64,000 nt of DNA from an uncultured Chloroflexia bacterium (GCA_963751345.1 CAVVUS010000032.1:1-64000); one strand, 5' to 3'. Numbered from the stretch's first letter, positions 52,921 through 62,241 are shown. Notes: generated by a model not told the origin, from the letters alone. Made by a program: numbers and translations.

Positions 52921-52951
52921 CCGGGGCGGGAGAGTAACTCTCCCGCCCCGG
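52921..52951. terminator. Perfect hairpin after oppA (terminator or mRNA-stabilising stem); second long stem at 52812-52871
   Basis: CCGGGGCGGGAGAG-TAA-CTCTCCCGCCCCGG. Confidence 0.7.
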
Positions 52952-52975
52952 GTGAGCAACTACCAAGGTCCGCGA

Positions 52976-54703
52976 CTACTGACCGCCTGTCATGTAGTTC
53001 ATGTTGAAGACGAGGTAGCGGAGTGCCGGGGCGTTGATCTCTTCGACCGTCAGACCCGAGACGCTCTGCAACCGGACCGACTCCACAGGGCCTAGCGTGC
53101 GCCAGGCGATGTCGATTTCACCGGTCTCGACAGCATTGCCCATCGTTGTAGGATCGGCGAAGTAGCGGATGATCACGTTCGGGATCATCGGCTTATCGTC
53201 ACCGAAGTAGTTGGGGTTCGCCTCGAGCACCATCTGCTCGCCCGGCGTGTAGTTCACCATGCGATACGGGCCGATCCCGTCGACCTTGTCGGGGAACTGC
53301 ACGATCTGGTCGGTCGGGAAGATGTTGGGGTTCGCCGGCACGAACGGGGCCGTCGCCGCCAACGCATCGAAGAAGCCGTACGAGTCGTTCAGCGTGAAGA
53401 CCACGGTCGACTCATCGGGTGCCTCGACACCCGCGACGTACGCCTGGACCAGGCCGGAGACCTGACCCTCAAGACCGAAACGATCCCACATCCGGACGTA
53501 GTCGGCCGAGGTGACCGGCGTGCCGTCCGCATACATCAGGTTGTCGCGCAGCGTGAACGTGTAGGTCTTGCCATCGTCGCTGACGGTGGGGAAGTCCACT
53601 GCCGCGCCGGGTACCAGCGTGGACGTGCCGGGCTCGTACCGCAGCAGCGGCACGCCGGTGTTCTTGATGATCTCCCAGTCGTGGGTCGCGTAGGCATCCT
53701 GCGGATCGAGGCTGTTCACCTCATCGGTCGTGCCGATGATGATCGTGTCGGATGTGCCCGCCGCGGGTGAAGCATCAGCCGTGAAGTTCAGGACGTTGTA
53801 GTTGAACTCGAACGGCGCGCCGATCTTGACACCCTCGACGCCATCGCGATACGTGACGTACTCGGGTTCCCAGAAGAGCGGGAGGGTGGGAACCTGCTCG
53901 GCATAGTAGTCGCCGATTTCCTGGTAGAGCGAAGCGCGCTCGTCAGGATTCGTGGAAGCCGCAGCCCGCTTGAGCAGGTCGTCCATCTTCGGATCGCAGT
54001 AGTTCACGCCGTTGTCGGGCGACTGGATACAGGACGCGAAGGGCGTCAGCCAGTTGTCGGGATCCGCGAAGTCAGGGAACCAACCCAGAATGAAGACGGG
54101 GAAGGCATCGCCGGCCACAAAGCTGTCGACGTACTCCGCCCAGTTCTGGCTCTTCAGGTTCACCGTCATCAGACCGGTTTCCTCGAGCTGCTCCTTGAGC
54201 ACCTGCATGACGTCAGCTGTCGTCGTGCCGTAGTGCTCGGGGGGATACCAGAGATCGAACGTGAACTTGTTATCGGTCGTGTAGCCCAGGTCCTCGAGGA
54301 GGCTGATCGCCATAGGCAGATCGCGGGTACCATACTTGTCCAGGAACGGCTCGGTCGCGTATGGATAGCCCGGGGGCACCATGGAGTAGGCCGGAATGTT
54401 CCGTCCTTCAAAGACACGATCGACGAGGACCTCGCGGTCGATAGCCGCCGCAAAGGCCTGCTTCAACTCGGGAGTCCACAGCGGTTGGGCACTGGCCATA
54501 GTGGGCTCAGCGGTGGGCGTCGCCTCAGCCGCTGCGCTTGTCGTCGCCGTCGGTTCCGCCGTAGCTGCCGCCATGGTCGGTTCCGACGTGGCCGCAGCCA
54601 TCGTCGGCTCCGATGTCGTGGCGGCCGGTGTGCCACACCCGGCCAGCGCGAGAGCTAACAGCACCACGGCTGTCAGCAAACTGTAGAGTGACTTACGGGA
54701 CAT
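52976..54703 (-). CDS. Family-5 ABC substrate-binding lipoprotein, circularly permuted
   Basis: Lipobox LALAGC. All SBP_bac_5 motifs are present (SLDP, SDDGKTYTFTLR, GIGPY, AAAIDR, GWFPDFADPD) but in rotated order. Confidence 0.88.
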   Translation of the reverse strand: MSRKSLYSLLTAVVLLALALAGCGTPAATTSEPTMAAATSEPTMAAATAEPTATTSAAAEATPTAEPTMASAQPLWTPELKQAFAAAIDREVLVDRVFEGRNIPAYSMVPPGYPYATEPFLDKYGTRDLPMAISLLEDLGYTTDNKFTFDLWYPPEHYGTTTADVMQVLKEQLEETGLMTVNLKSQNWAEYVDSFVAGDAFPVFILGWFPDFADPDNWLTPFASCIQSPDNGVNYCDPKMDDLLKRAAASTNPDERASLYQEIGDYYAEQVPTLPLFWEPEYVTYRDGVEGVKIGAPFEFNYNVLNFTADASPAAGTSDTIIIGTTDEVNSLDPQDAYATHDWEIIKNTGVPLLRYEPGTSTLVPGAAVDFPTVSDDGKTYTFTLRDNLMYADGTPVTSADYVRMWDRFGLEGQVSGLVQAYVAGVEAPDESTVVFTLNDSYGFFDALAATAPFVPANPNIFPTDQIVQFPDKVDGIGPYRMVNYTPGEQMVLEANPNYFGDDKPMIPNVIIRYFADPTTMGNAVETGEIDIAWRTLGPVESVRLQSVSGLTVEEINAPALRYLVFNMNYMTGGQ

Positions 54704-54999
54704 TTCTCTTCTCCTTCACTTCTTTTGGGTCCTGCACTTTCGAAATGGGTCCTGCTAATGCTGCTACCTGCTTAGGGTAAGACGCCAATCACGACCTCCT
54801 TTGTTAGCTGGTGGGAAGAGGCCATAACAAGACGGCCCAACCCCCGCCTTGGGAATGGTTGGGCCAGCGATGATCCACGTAGAGCCTCCCCCCGGCTTCT
54901 TTGCAGTATACCGCATTTCTGCACAAATGCACTCCGACCAAAGGAGTAGGTCGGAAGCCGCCCGGTGGTCTAGGGCGGATCCTGGCCGAGTGGTGAGGC

Positions 55000-55713
55000 T
55001 TACTCCTCGCTTGTCTCCCCCTTCAGACCTAGCGCGTCCACCAACACCGCCTGCGTATCATCCGGCAACACCGGTCGGAGAGGATTCCGACGCAGCCAGC
55101 GCTTGAGCTCCGCCACCCTCAGCGAGGGAACGGGAACGGTCTCTTCATCCACGTGGAGCACGACGTCGGGGTTGGTGAACAACAGGATCCCCCGCACCGG
55201 GACCTCGACGCCCTCGGGGAGGACCTTCTTCAGCCGGTCCTCTACCACTTGCTTCTCCGTCTCGGCGATGCGATGCGGCCGGCCCAACGTCTCCTGGCCG
55301 GCGAACCGCCGGAGGATACCCAGTTTCTGCTTCTGTTGCCAACGCCCATCCGCATAGGTGATGTCCCCGCCCTGTGACTTCACGGTGATCACGGTCAGCC
55401 CGCCGGGCTCCAAGAGCGCAAAGGCCACCGGAAGCTGGTACATCAGCAGTGTATAGCCGTTGTCCAGACCCTTGAGCGCATCCGGCACGCGCTTGTAGTG
55501 CGCATTCGGACCCACAAAGCGCTCGCCCAGAAAGCTTCCCATCAGCGAGATCAGGAAACCCACCCACACCAGCGCCATCGTGCCCCAAATCCACTCAGGC
55601 TTGAGGAAAATCAGGACGGTCGAGATGCCCAGGCAGATCAGTCCGGCAAACGGAGCCCGTTCCCCGATCTTCTTCCGCATCTGGATGTGTGACTCGTTGG
55701 TAATAACCTTCAT
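55000..55713 (-). CDS. Membrane-anchored hypothetical protein (2 TM + possible NERD-like domain)
   Basis: MKVITNE start after a GGGGG SD, two TMs, ALKGLDNGYTL..LEPGGL.VI..K..GG.I. Confidence 0.7.
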   Translation of the reverse strand: MKVITNESHIQMRKKIGERAPFAGLICLGISTVLIFLKPEWIWGTMALVWVGFLISLMGSFLGERFVGPNAHYKRVPDALKGLDNGYTLLMYQLPVAFALLEPGGLTVITVKSQGGDITYADGRWQQKQKLGILRRFAGQETLGRPHRIAETEKQVVEDRLKKVLPEGVEVPVRGILLFTNPDVVLHVDEETVPVPSLRVAELKRWLRRNPLRPVLPDDTQAVLVDALGLKGETSEE

Positions 55714-55757
55714 CGATACCCCCTGGAGTAACAGAACAAGCCCCGGTGACCGCGCCC

Positions 55758-56795
55758 CTACTTGCTGCTGCCGGCGGCAAACCCCGCTGCGATCGTCGGG
55801 ACCACGTCGCCCGCGACGGCCTCGCGCGCCCGCAGCACGGCATACTTCACGGCCTTGGCATTGGAGCGCCCGTGGCCCACGATCACGACCCCGTTGACCC
55901 CCAAGAGCAGCCCGCCGCCCACCTCGGCATAGTCCAGCCGGCTGACCAGCTTCCGCAGCCCGGGCAGCAGCAGCAACAGCCCCGGCAGTGCCAGGATCAG
56001 TCCGGGGATCATCAACACGAGGCCGACCTTGGAGAGCGTCGGACCCAGCACATCGTGCGTGATCATCCGCTTCAAGAACGACGCGACGGCCTCGGCCGTC
56101 TTGATGTGGATGTTTCCGGTGAAACCGTCGGTCACCACCACGTCCGCCTCGCCCTTGACCACTTCTTTCGGCTCGACGTTGCCGACGAAATTGAGACCGC
56201 TCGACTTGAAGAGCCCGAATGCCTCCCGGAGGACCATCGTCCCCTTCTCCTCTTCCTCGCCGTTCGCAAGCAGGCCCACGCGCGGTGACGCGATGCCCAG
56301 CACCTTCTCCGCGTAGATCGTGCCCATCCGGCCCGATTGCAGCAGGATCTCGGGCGTCGGGTCTGCCGTGGCGCCCATGTCCAGGAAGAGCATCGGCTGG
56401 AACGAGATCGGATAGACCGTGCACAGCGCGGGCCGGCGAATGCCCCGGATCCGGCGCAGGTCGAAGATCGCCGAGGCCAGGCACGCGATCGTGTTGCCCG
56501 CCGAGACAAAGGCGTCGGCCTCACCATCCCGAACCAGACGCATCCCCACCCGGATAGAGGAATCCTCCTTCCGGCGCACTTCCTCCGAATGGTCCTGCAT
56601 CGTCAGCACCTCAGGCGCGTGCACGATGCGAATGGACAGCCCCTCGGTGTTGTGCTTCGCCAGCTCCTCCCGGGTCCGCTGCTCCGGGCCGACGAGGATG
56701 ATCTCGTCTCCCCAGGCGCGGGCGGCCATGACAGCGCCCTCGACATCCGGGCCGGGGCAGTTATCCGAGCCAAAGGCATCTACGACGATGCGCAT
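55758..56795 (-). CDS. plsX: Phosphate acyltransferase PlsX
   Basis: IVVDAFGSD, SAGNT, RRPAL, LDMGA, GEEEEKG, DGFTGN, GGGLLLG, HGRS. Confidence 0.95.
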   Translation of the reverse strand: MRIVVDAFGSDNCPGPDVEGAVMAARAWGDEIILVGPEQRTREELAKHNTEGLSIRIVHAPEVLTMQDHSEEVRRKEDSSIRVGMRLVRDGEADAFVSAGNTIACLASAIFDLRRIRGIRRPALCTVYPISFQPMLFLDMGATADPTPEILLQSGRMGTIYAEKVLGIASPRVGLLANGEEEEKGTMVLREAFGLFKSSGLNFVGNVEPKEVVKGEADVVVTDGFTGNIHIKTAEAVASFLKRMITHDVLGPTLSKVGLVLMIPGLILALPGLLLLLPGLRKLVSRLDYAEVGGGLLLGVNGVVIVGHGRSNAKAVKYAVLRAREAVAGDVVPTIAAGFAAGSSK

Positions 56796-56827
56796 AAGTC
56801 CTCCAGTGAACAAGTCAACGAATCAGT

Positions 56828-56899
56828 GTTAGCGCGTTAGCGCGTAGAACGTTATCACGTTGACACGTTCAAACGTGCACACGTGATAACGTTCCAACG
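56828..56899. repeat. 8-nt periodic ACGTT/GCGTT tract
   Basis: GTTAGCGCGTTAGCGCGTAGAACGTTATCACGTTGACACGTTCAAACGTGCACACGTGATAACGTTCCAACG. Confidence 0.65.
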
Positions 56900-56909
56900 A
56901 TCTCTTTCT

Positions 56910-59831
56910 TCACGCCCCCCAGAACCACGACGGCTCCTCGTCCTCGTCGCCGTCGGGAGACCCGAGCCAATCATCGTCTTCCGACATCCCGCCCATACCC
57001 AGCGAGGCGACCGACTGCCCGGCCAACCACCGCGCCGCCACCTGCGGGAGGGCGGCCCGCCCGCCGAGATGGATCCGCGGGTCGGGCAGCGAGTCAAGGA
57101 ATCGGTGCCCGTACGACTTCGTGAGCAGCCGCCGGTCCAGCGCCACGGCGATGCCCTGGTCGGCTGCCGTGCGGATCAGGCGACCGAATCCCTGCAGGAA
57201 GCGCAGTACGGCCTCCGGCACCATGAAGTCGTTGAACGGGTCGGCGTATAGCCCCGCCCGCGCGGACACGATCGGGTCGTCCGGGACGTCAAACGGCAGC
57301 TTGACGATCACCAGGCACGAGAGGGCCTCGCCGGCCACATCGACCCCCTCCCAGAAGGAGCGGGTGCCCAACAGCACGACGCGCTCGCCGGTCCGGAAGC
57401 TCTCCAATAGCTGCGCGCGCGACGTGCCCGTGCCCTGTGCCAGGACCGTGATCCCCTCGCGCGCCAGCGGGGTTGTGATGGCCTCTGTGGTCGCCCGCAG
57501 TTGGCTGTACGACGTGAACAGCGCCAACGCCCGCCCCTTCGTCGCCCGGAACAGATCGATCATCGTGTCGTCTACGGTCCTCTGGTAGCCGGGCGTACTC
57601 GGCTCCGGCACGTCCGTGACCACGTAGAGCAGCGCGACCGATGGGTAATCGAACGGCGAGCCAAGCGCCAGCTCCGCAGCCTCCGGGTCGACGCCGAGCC
57701 GCTCGCGCATGTAGTCGAAACTGCCCTCAATCCGCAGCGTCGCCGACGTGAGGATGACCGACCGCTTCTTGGCGAAGAGGTTCTCCTGGATGAGCGGTCC
57801 TACCTGCAGGGGCACGACGTTCAGCATCAGCGGGCCGCGGTTCCGGATCTCGAACCAACTGATGGCGTTGGCATTCGGCTCCGCAATCAGTTGCTTGAGT
57901 TGTCCGTGCGCTTCCGATAGAAGCCGCGTGATCCCCAGCAGCCGCACCCGCGCGCGCTCCAGTTCGGGCAGCTCGACGTCGACCGCGGCCTCCAGCCCGT
58001 CGCCCAACTGCCCAAGCCCATCGACCAGGGTCGCGAAATGCGGCGCGGTCTGCGACCAGAGGAGCAGCAGGTTGTCCCACACGGCATCCTGGCGCAGATC
58101 GTCCCCCACCCTCAGCCGGGCGCTGTACGCGCCGCCCCGCCCGACGCGTGACTCCACCAGTGACTCGATCTCGGTGAAGAGCGTTTCGAGGTCCCGCTGG
58201 GTGCGCTCGGCTGCCACCGCCAACTGGACCAGCACCTCGCGCACGCGCATCGCGCCGTTCCTCGGCAGCGCATCCACGGAGCCGGCGATCTCATCGAGCA
58301 GGCCTGAATAGTTGCGGCTGGGCCGGAGCAGGCTGTCGAAGGCGCCCGCCAGGTCTTGCCAGGCCAGGGCATATCGCAAAGACTCCGTCGCGGCCCGTTC
58401 CAGGTGATGCGCCTCGTCCACGATCAGCAGATCGTAATCCGGGAGCACCCGGTTCTGCGTCGCAACGTCGGCCAGCAGCAGCGCGTGGTTGACGACGACG
58501 ACGTGTGCGCCCTCGGCCTTTGCCCGCGCCCGGAAGAAGAAGCACGTGTCATTCATGAAGAAGGGGCAGTTGTCGGGATCGCATGCCTCGGTCGCCGCGG
58601 AGATCGACTGCCACACCTGGCGTTCGCCCGGCGTCGGGATAAAGAGCTCATCCCCGTCGCCATCGAGGGTGTTGGGCAGCCAGAGCAGGACCTTCGCCAG
58701 AACCCGCATCTCGTCGTCGGTCACGGGCCCTCGCCGGCGGAGCGTCTCGAACTGCTGGCGGCAGAGATAGTGCGCGCGGCCCTTGAGGATCTGCGAGCGA
58801 AACTCGTAGAGCGTCTCGGCCAACTGCGGGATGTCCTTGTGGGCGAGCTGCTCCTGCAGGTTGATCGTGTTTGTCGAGATCACCACCCGCTGCTGGTTCA
58901 TCACGGCCCACTCGACGGCAGGCAACAGATAGGCCAGCGACTTGCCCGTCCCCGTGCCTGCCTCCACCAGAAGATGCTCCCCACGATTGAAGGCCTCGCC
59001 AACCGCCTGCATCATCTCGACCTGCTGATCCCGGTACTCATACGTCGGATACGCAAGGGCGATGTCGCCGTCAGGTTCGAGCAGCGACGTCAGCGCTACC
59101 ATATCAATCGGATGCGGATCCTGCCGAGGACGAAGCGGCGGCGGAATCTCCTCCTCCTGCACAAAGAGAGGGCCCGCCGCGTCCACGCCCATCCGTGCCG
59201 CGAGCTGCGCGCCGATCGCTCCCTGGAATCCCTGGCGTTGGCGCGCATAGAGCGCATCGCTGAAGAACTGCACCGGACCCCAATTCACGCGTCGGCCCAG
59301 CCGGATCAGCTCCTGCAGCGTATCCTGGGGCAACTGCACCGCCCGGTCCATCAGCGTCCTGAAAAGCGCGTGGGTCATCACCGCGTCATCCAGCGCGCGG
59401 TGTGTCTGCTCGGGCAAATCGATCCCCAGCTCATCGACGAGGTTGGCCAGGCTGTAGCGCGTCGCGTGAGGCACCAGGATGCCCGCGATCTCAAACGTGT
59501 CGACCGCTACATTGCTCCCAAGGACCCGGTAGCGCCGCAGAAACCCGAGATCGAACCCCACGTTGTGGCCGACGACGGGGTCGCGTCCGACGAAATTGGC
59601 CACCTGCCGGCTCGCCGTGTGCCCGTCGATCGCGGCTGCGACATCTTCGTCGCGGATGCCGGTCAGCTCCGTGATGAATGGGGGGATCTTGCGCCCGGGG
59701 TTGACGAACGTCGAGAAACGCTCAAGCACGCGGTCCTGATCGAAGCGCACCGCGCCGATCTCGATGATCGCGTCACGGGTGGCGTCCAGGCCGGTGGTCT
59801 CCAAGTCCAGGGCAACGTACGTCTTCGGCAT
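56910..59831 (-). CDS. dinG: DnaQ-like 3'-5' exonuclease fused to DinG helicase
   Basis: ALDLETTG, GHNVGFD, HRALDD; EAGTGTGKS, DEAH, TSATL, SFWEGVD, QGFGRLIR; four Fe-S Cys. Confidence 0.94.
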   Translation of the reverse strand: MPKTYVALDLETTGLDATRDAIIEIGAVRFDQDRVLERFSTFVNPGRKIPPFITELTGIRDEDVAAAIDGHTASRQVANFVGRDPVVGHNVGFDLGFLRRYRVLGSNVAVDTFEIAGILVPHATRYSLANLVDELGIDLPEQTHRALDDAVMTHALFRTLMDRAVQLPQDTLQELIRLGRRVNWGPVQFFSDALYARQRQGFQGAIGAQLAARMGVDAAGPLFVQEEEIPPPLRPRQDPHPIDMVALTSLLEPDGDIALAYPTYEYRDQQVEMMQAVGEAFNRGEHLLVEAGTGTGKSLAYLLPAVEWAVMNQQRVVISTNTINLQEQLAHKDIPQLAETLYEFRSQILKGRAHYLCRQQFETLRRRGPVTDDEMRVLAKVLLWLPNTLDGDGDELFIPTPGERQVWQSISAATEACDPDNCPFFMNDTCFFFRARAKAEGAHVVVVNHALLLADVATQNRVLPDYDLLIVDEAHHLERAATESLRYALAWQDLAGAFDSLLRPSRNYSGLLDEIAGSVDALPRNGAMRVREVLVQLAVAAERTQRDLETLFTEIESLVESRVGRGGAYSARLRVGDDLRQDAVWDNLLLLWSQTAPHFATLVDGLGQLGDGLEAAVDVELPELERARVRLLGITRLLSEAHGQLKQLIAEPNANAISWFEIRNRGPLMLNVVPLQVGPLIQENLFAKKRSVILTSATLRIEGSFDYMRERLGVDPEAAELALGSPFDYPSVALLYVVTDVPEPSTPGYQRTVDDTMIDLFRATKGRALALFTSYSQLRATTEAITTPLAREGITVLAQGTGTSRAQLLESFRTGERVVLLGTRSFWEGVDVAGEALSCLVIVKLPFDVPDDPIVSARAGLYADPFNDFMVPEAVLRFLQGFGRLIRTAADQGIAVALDRRLLTKSYGHRFLDSLPDPRIHLGGRAALPQVAARWLAGQSVASLGMGGMSEDDDWLGSPDGDEDEEPSWFWGA

Positions 59832-60080
59832 GCAGGTCCTTTCCGAAATGAGCAGCCGCCATTATACATTACTTGCACCGAAAACGGCATTTTCCCACTT
59901 GACACAAGTGTGTGCCGGCCTGGGGGCAACGACAGCAGTTTTGGCCCGGACATGCGCGCAAGGCAAGCCACCGACAGGGCCAAAACTGCCAGGGCGTATT
60001 TCAGAACGGGCAATGTCTATGAGGTTGCGACCAACAACACCCTCTCCCAATAGCTTTGCCTCCGTTCTGAAATACGCACC

Positions 60081-60127
60081 TTGACACATCGCCCACACCG
60101 TGGCATTATTGCGACCAGTTGCAATAA
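60081..60127 (+). promoter_or_regulatory. Promoter with an overlapping palindromic operator for the metal transporter
   Basis: TTGACA(60081)-17 nt-CATTAT(60104) and TTATTGC-GACCAGTT-GCAATAA (60106-60127). Confidence 0.7.
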
Positions 60128-60146
60128 CAACAGGAGGCTCTCGTCG

Positions 60147-61098
60147 ATGCTGCTTTCGCCCGTCGCCATGCATATTCCCGATGGATTCCTCTCCGTCCTC
60201 GTCGCCATCATCGCGTGGATGATCTCGCTCCTCGTCGTGGGGTACGCACTCAAGCGCGTCAGCGCGGATCTGGGCGAGCGCCAGGTGCCGCTGATGGGCG
60301 TCCTCGCCGCCGCGGTCTTCGCGGGCCAGATGCTCAACTTCACCGTCACGGGTGGCACGTCAGGTCACCTCATCGGCGCCGCGCTCGTCACGGCGCTGCT
60401 CGGTCCCTGGGCCGGCATCCTCGTGATGACCTGCGTCGTCGGCGTCCAGGCCCTCATCTTCCAGGATGGCGGCTTGCTGACCCTCGGCGCAAACCTCTTG
60501 AATATGGCCGTCATCAGCGTCGCCGTCGCGTACTTCACCTACCGCTCGTTGAGGCGTTTGGCCGGGAACAGGTCCTGGGGCACCGCCGTGGCCGGATTTG
60601 GCGCGGGTTGGCTCTCGGTCTTCATCGCCGCGCTGGCGTGTGCCCTTGAGCTTGCGCTCTCCGCGCACCTCGCCCGCGAACGTCGCGGTTCCGGCTATGG
60701 CCGGGATCCACGCGTTGATCGGCATCGGTGAGGGGCTGATCACCGCCGGCGCGCTCGCCTTCGTGCGGACCGCCAGGCCGGAGCTGCTGGCGGAGGGCTC
60801 GAAGGCCGCCGCCGGCAAAGCCGTCTGGATCGGAGGACTCGCCATCGCCGTGCTGCTGGCCGTCCTCTCGCCGCTGGCCTCCGCCCATCCCGACGGGCTC
60901 GAATGGGTCGCCGAGCAGCAGGGGTTCCTGGACCTGGCCCGCGGTCCGCTCTACGGCATCATCCCGGACTACGCGGTGCCCGGCCTCTCCAACGAGGCGC
61001 TGGCCACCGTCCTCGCGGGTATTGTCGGCGTCGCCATCGTCTTCGGGGCTGCCCTCGGGGTTGCCTACCTACGCAAGCGCCGCACCCCGGCGCTGTAG
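60147..61098 (+). CDS. cbiM: ECF Ni/Co transporter S component with fused PDGLE (NikN-like) domain; frameshift near 60665
   Basis: [44 protein letters not shown]. Confidence 0.9.
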
Positions 61099-61118
61099 CG
61101 TGCAAAATGCACTTTCCG

Positions 61119-61169
61119 AGACCTTTGGGGCCAAGCCCGAGTCTGCTCGGGCCGAAACCCCAAAGGTCT
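61119..61169. repeat. Palindromic element AGACCTTTGGGG...CCCCAAAGGTCT
   Basis: Inverted arms 61119-61130 and 61158-61169. Related copies at 30857-30917 and 41249-41317, half copy at 38513. Confidence 0.85.
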
Positions 61170-61184
61170 TCCGCGGTTTGCCCC

Positions 61185-61982
61185 ATGACCTACGCCAACC
61201 TTGACCCATACCTCGCCGGTTCGAGCCTGATTCACGGGCTCGACGCTCGCCCCAAGGTGGTCGTCACGCTGGCCTACATCCTCACGACCGCGCTGGTGCC
61301 GTTCGGCGCGTGGCCGATCCTCATCCTACTGCTGGCCCTTGCCGTGAGTGCAGCGGTGATGGCCGAGCTACCGGCCCGCCGCGTCTTGGCCCGCGTCGCG
61401 CTCGCCATCCCCTTCGCGCTCGCTGCCGTCCCTCTGGCCTTCACGACGCCGGGCGCGCCGCTCTGGCGGCTGCCGTGGGGATGGACGATCACGGCGCAAG
61501 GGCTCTCCAACGCCGCGTCCATCGCCGTGAAATCCGCGCTCTCCGTCCAGGCCTCGGTCGTGTTGACGGCGACCACGCCGATGGCCCGCATGCTCGTCGC
61601 CCTGCGCAGCCTGGGCGTCCCGCGCCTCATCGTCTCGACCCTCGGCCTGATGTGGCGCTATCTCTTCGTCCTCGTCGACGAGGCGCGTCGGCTCATACGG
61701 GCTCGAGCAGCGCGCAGCGGCCTGGATCCCGCGGTCAGGGCCAGGCCAGGGGGCAGCCTCCGTTGGCGCGCCGCCGTGACCGGCGGCATGGCCGGCAACC
61801 TCTTCCTGCGTGGGCTGGAGCGTGCCGACCGCACCTACGCCGCCATGTGTGCGCGCGGCTATGACGGCGAGCCCCGCACCCTCCCGGTGCCCCCACTCAA
61901 GCCGTCCCTGCGCGTCGCGACCGTGATCGCCTGCGTTGGCCTTGCCCTGCTCGCTGTAGCGGGAGGGCTTCTGTGGGGATGA
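61185..61982 (+). CDS. cbiQ: ECF transporter T component
   Basis: SLIHGLDARPK, LTATTP, MWRYLFVL.DE, ARAARS, AMCARGYDG. Confidence 0.92.
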   Translation: MTYANLDPYLAGSSLIHGLDARPKVVVTLAYILTTALVPFGAWPILILLLALAVSAAVMAELPARRVLARVALAIPFALAAVPLAFTTPGAPLWRLPWGWTITAQGLSNAASIAVKSALSVQASVVLTATTPMARMLVALRSLGVPRLIVSTLGLMWRYLFVLVDEARRLIRARAARSGLDPAVRARPGGSLRWRAAVTGGMAGNLFLRGLERADRTYAAMCARGYDGEPRTLPVPPLKPSLRVATVIACVGLALLAVAGGLLWG

Positions 61983-62055
61983 GAAACCCGGCATGTGTGG
62001 CGCACCATTTCCGGCGGATACACCCCTATTCTCAGTAAACCTGATTCTTGGAAGC

Positions 62056-62146
62056 TGTCATCCTGAACGTGCCCCACGCTGCGTGGGGACGTGAAGGATC
62101 TGTGCCTTGCGGGACTGAGATCCCTCGCCTGCGGCTGAAGATGACA
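62056..62146. repeat. TGTCATC...GATGACA palindromic miniature element
   Basis: TGTCATCCTGAAC...GAAGGATCT ... GAGATCCCTCG...GAAGATGACA. A related fragment CTGTCCTGAGCGCAGC lies near 13903. Confidence 0.6.
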
Positions 62147-62187
62147 ATTGCAGCCTTCAGCTTAACGAAGCACTATACCAGTTCCGA

Positions 62188-62241
62188 GCGGATCTGTGAT
62201 CCGCGGGCTAGACGAATGGCCCCTGCGGATCACAGATCCGC
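62188..62241. repeat. Inverted pair of GCGGATCTGTGATCCGC elements
   Basis: GCGGATCTGTGATCCGC ... GCGGATCACAGATCCGC. Confidence 0.8.

Noticed and set aside
54490-54625. TSEPTMAAA repeats in the binding protein
   Set aside because: An ordinary low-complexity lipoprotein tether.
55000-56484. 494-aa ORF overlapping plsX
   Set aside because: The upstream part is an alternative frame of plsX. The real gene starts at 55713 with its own SD.
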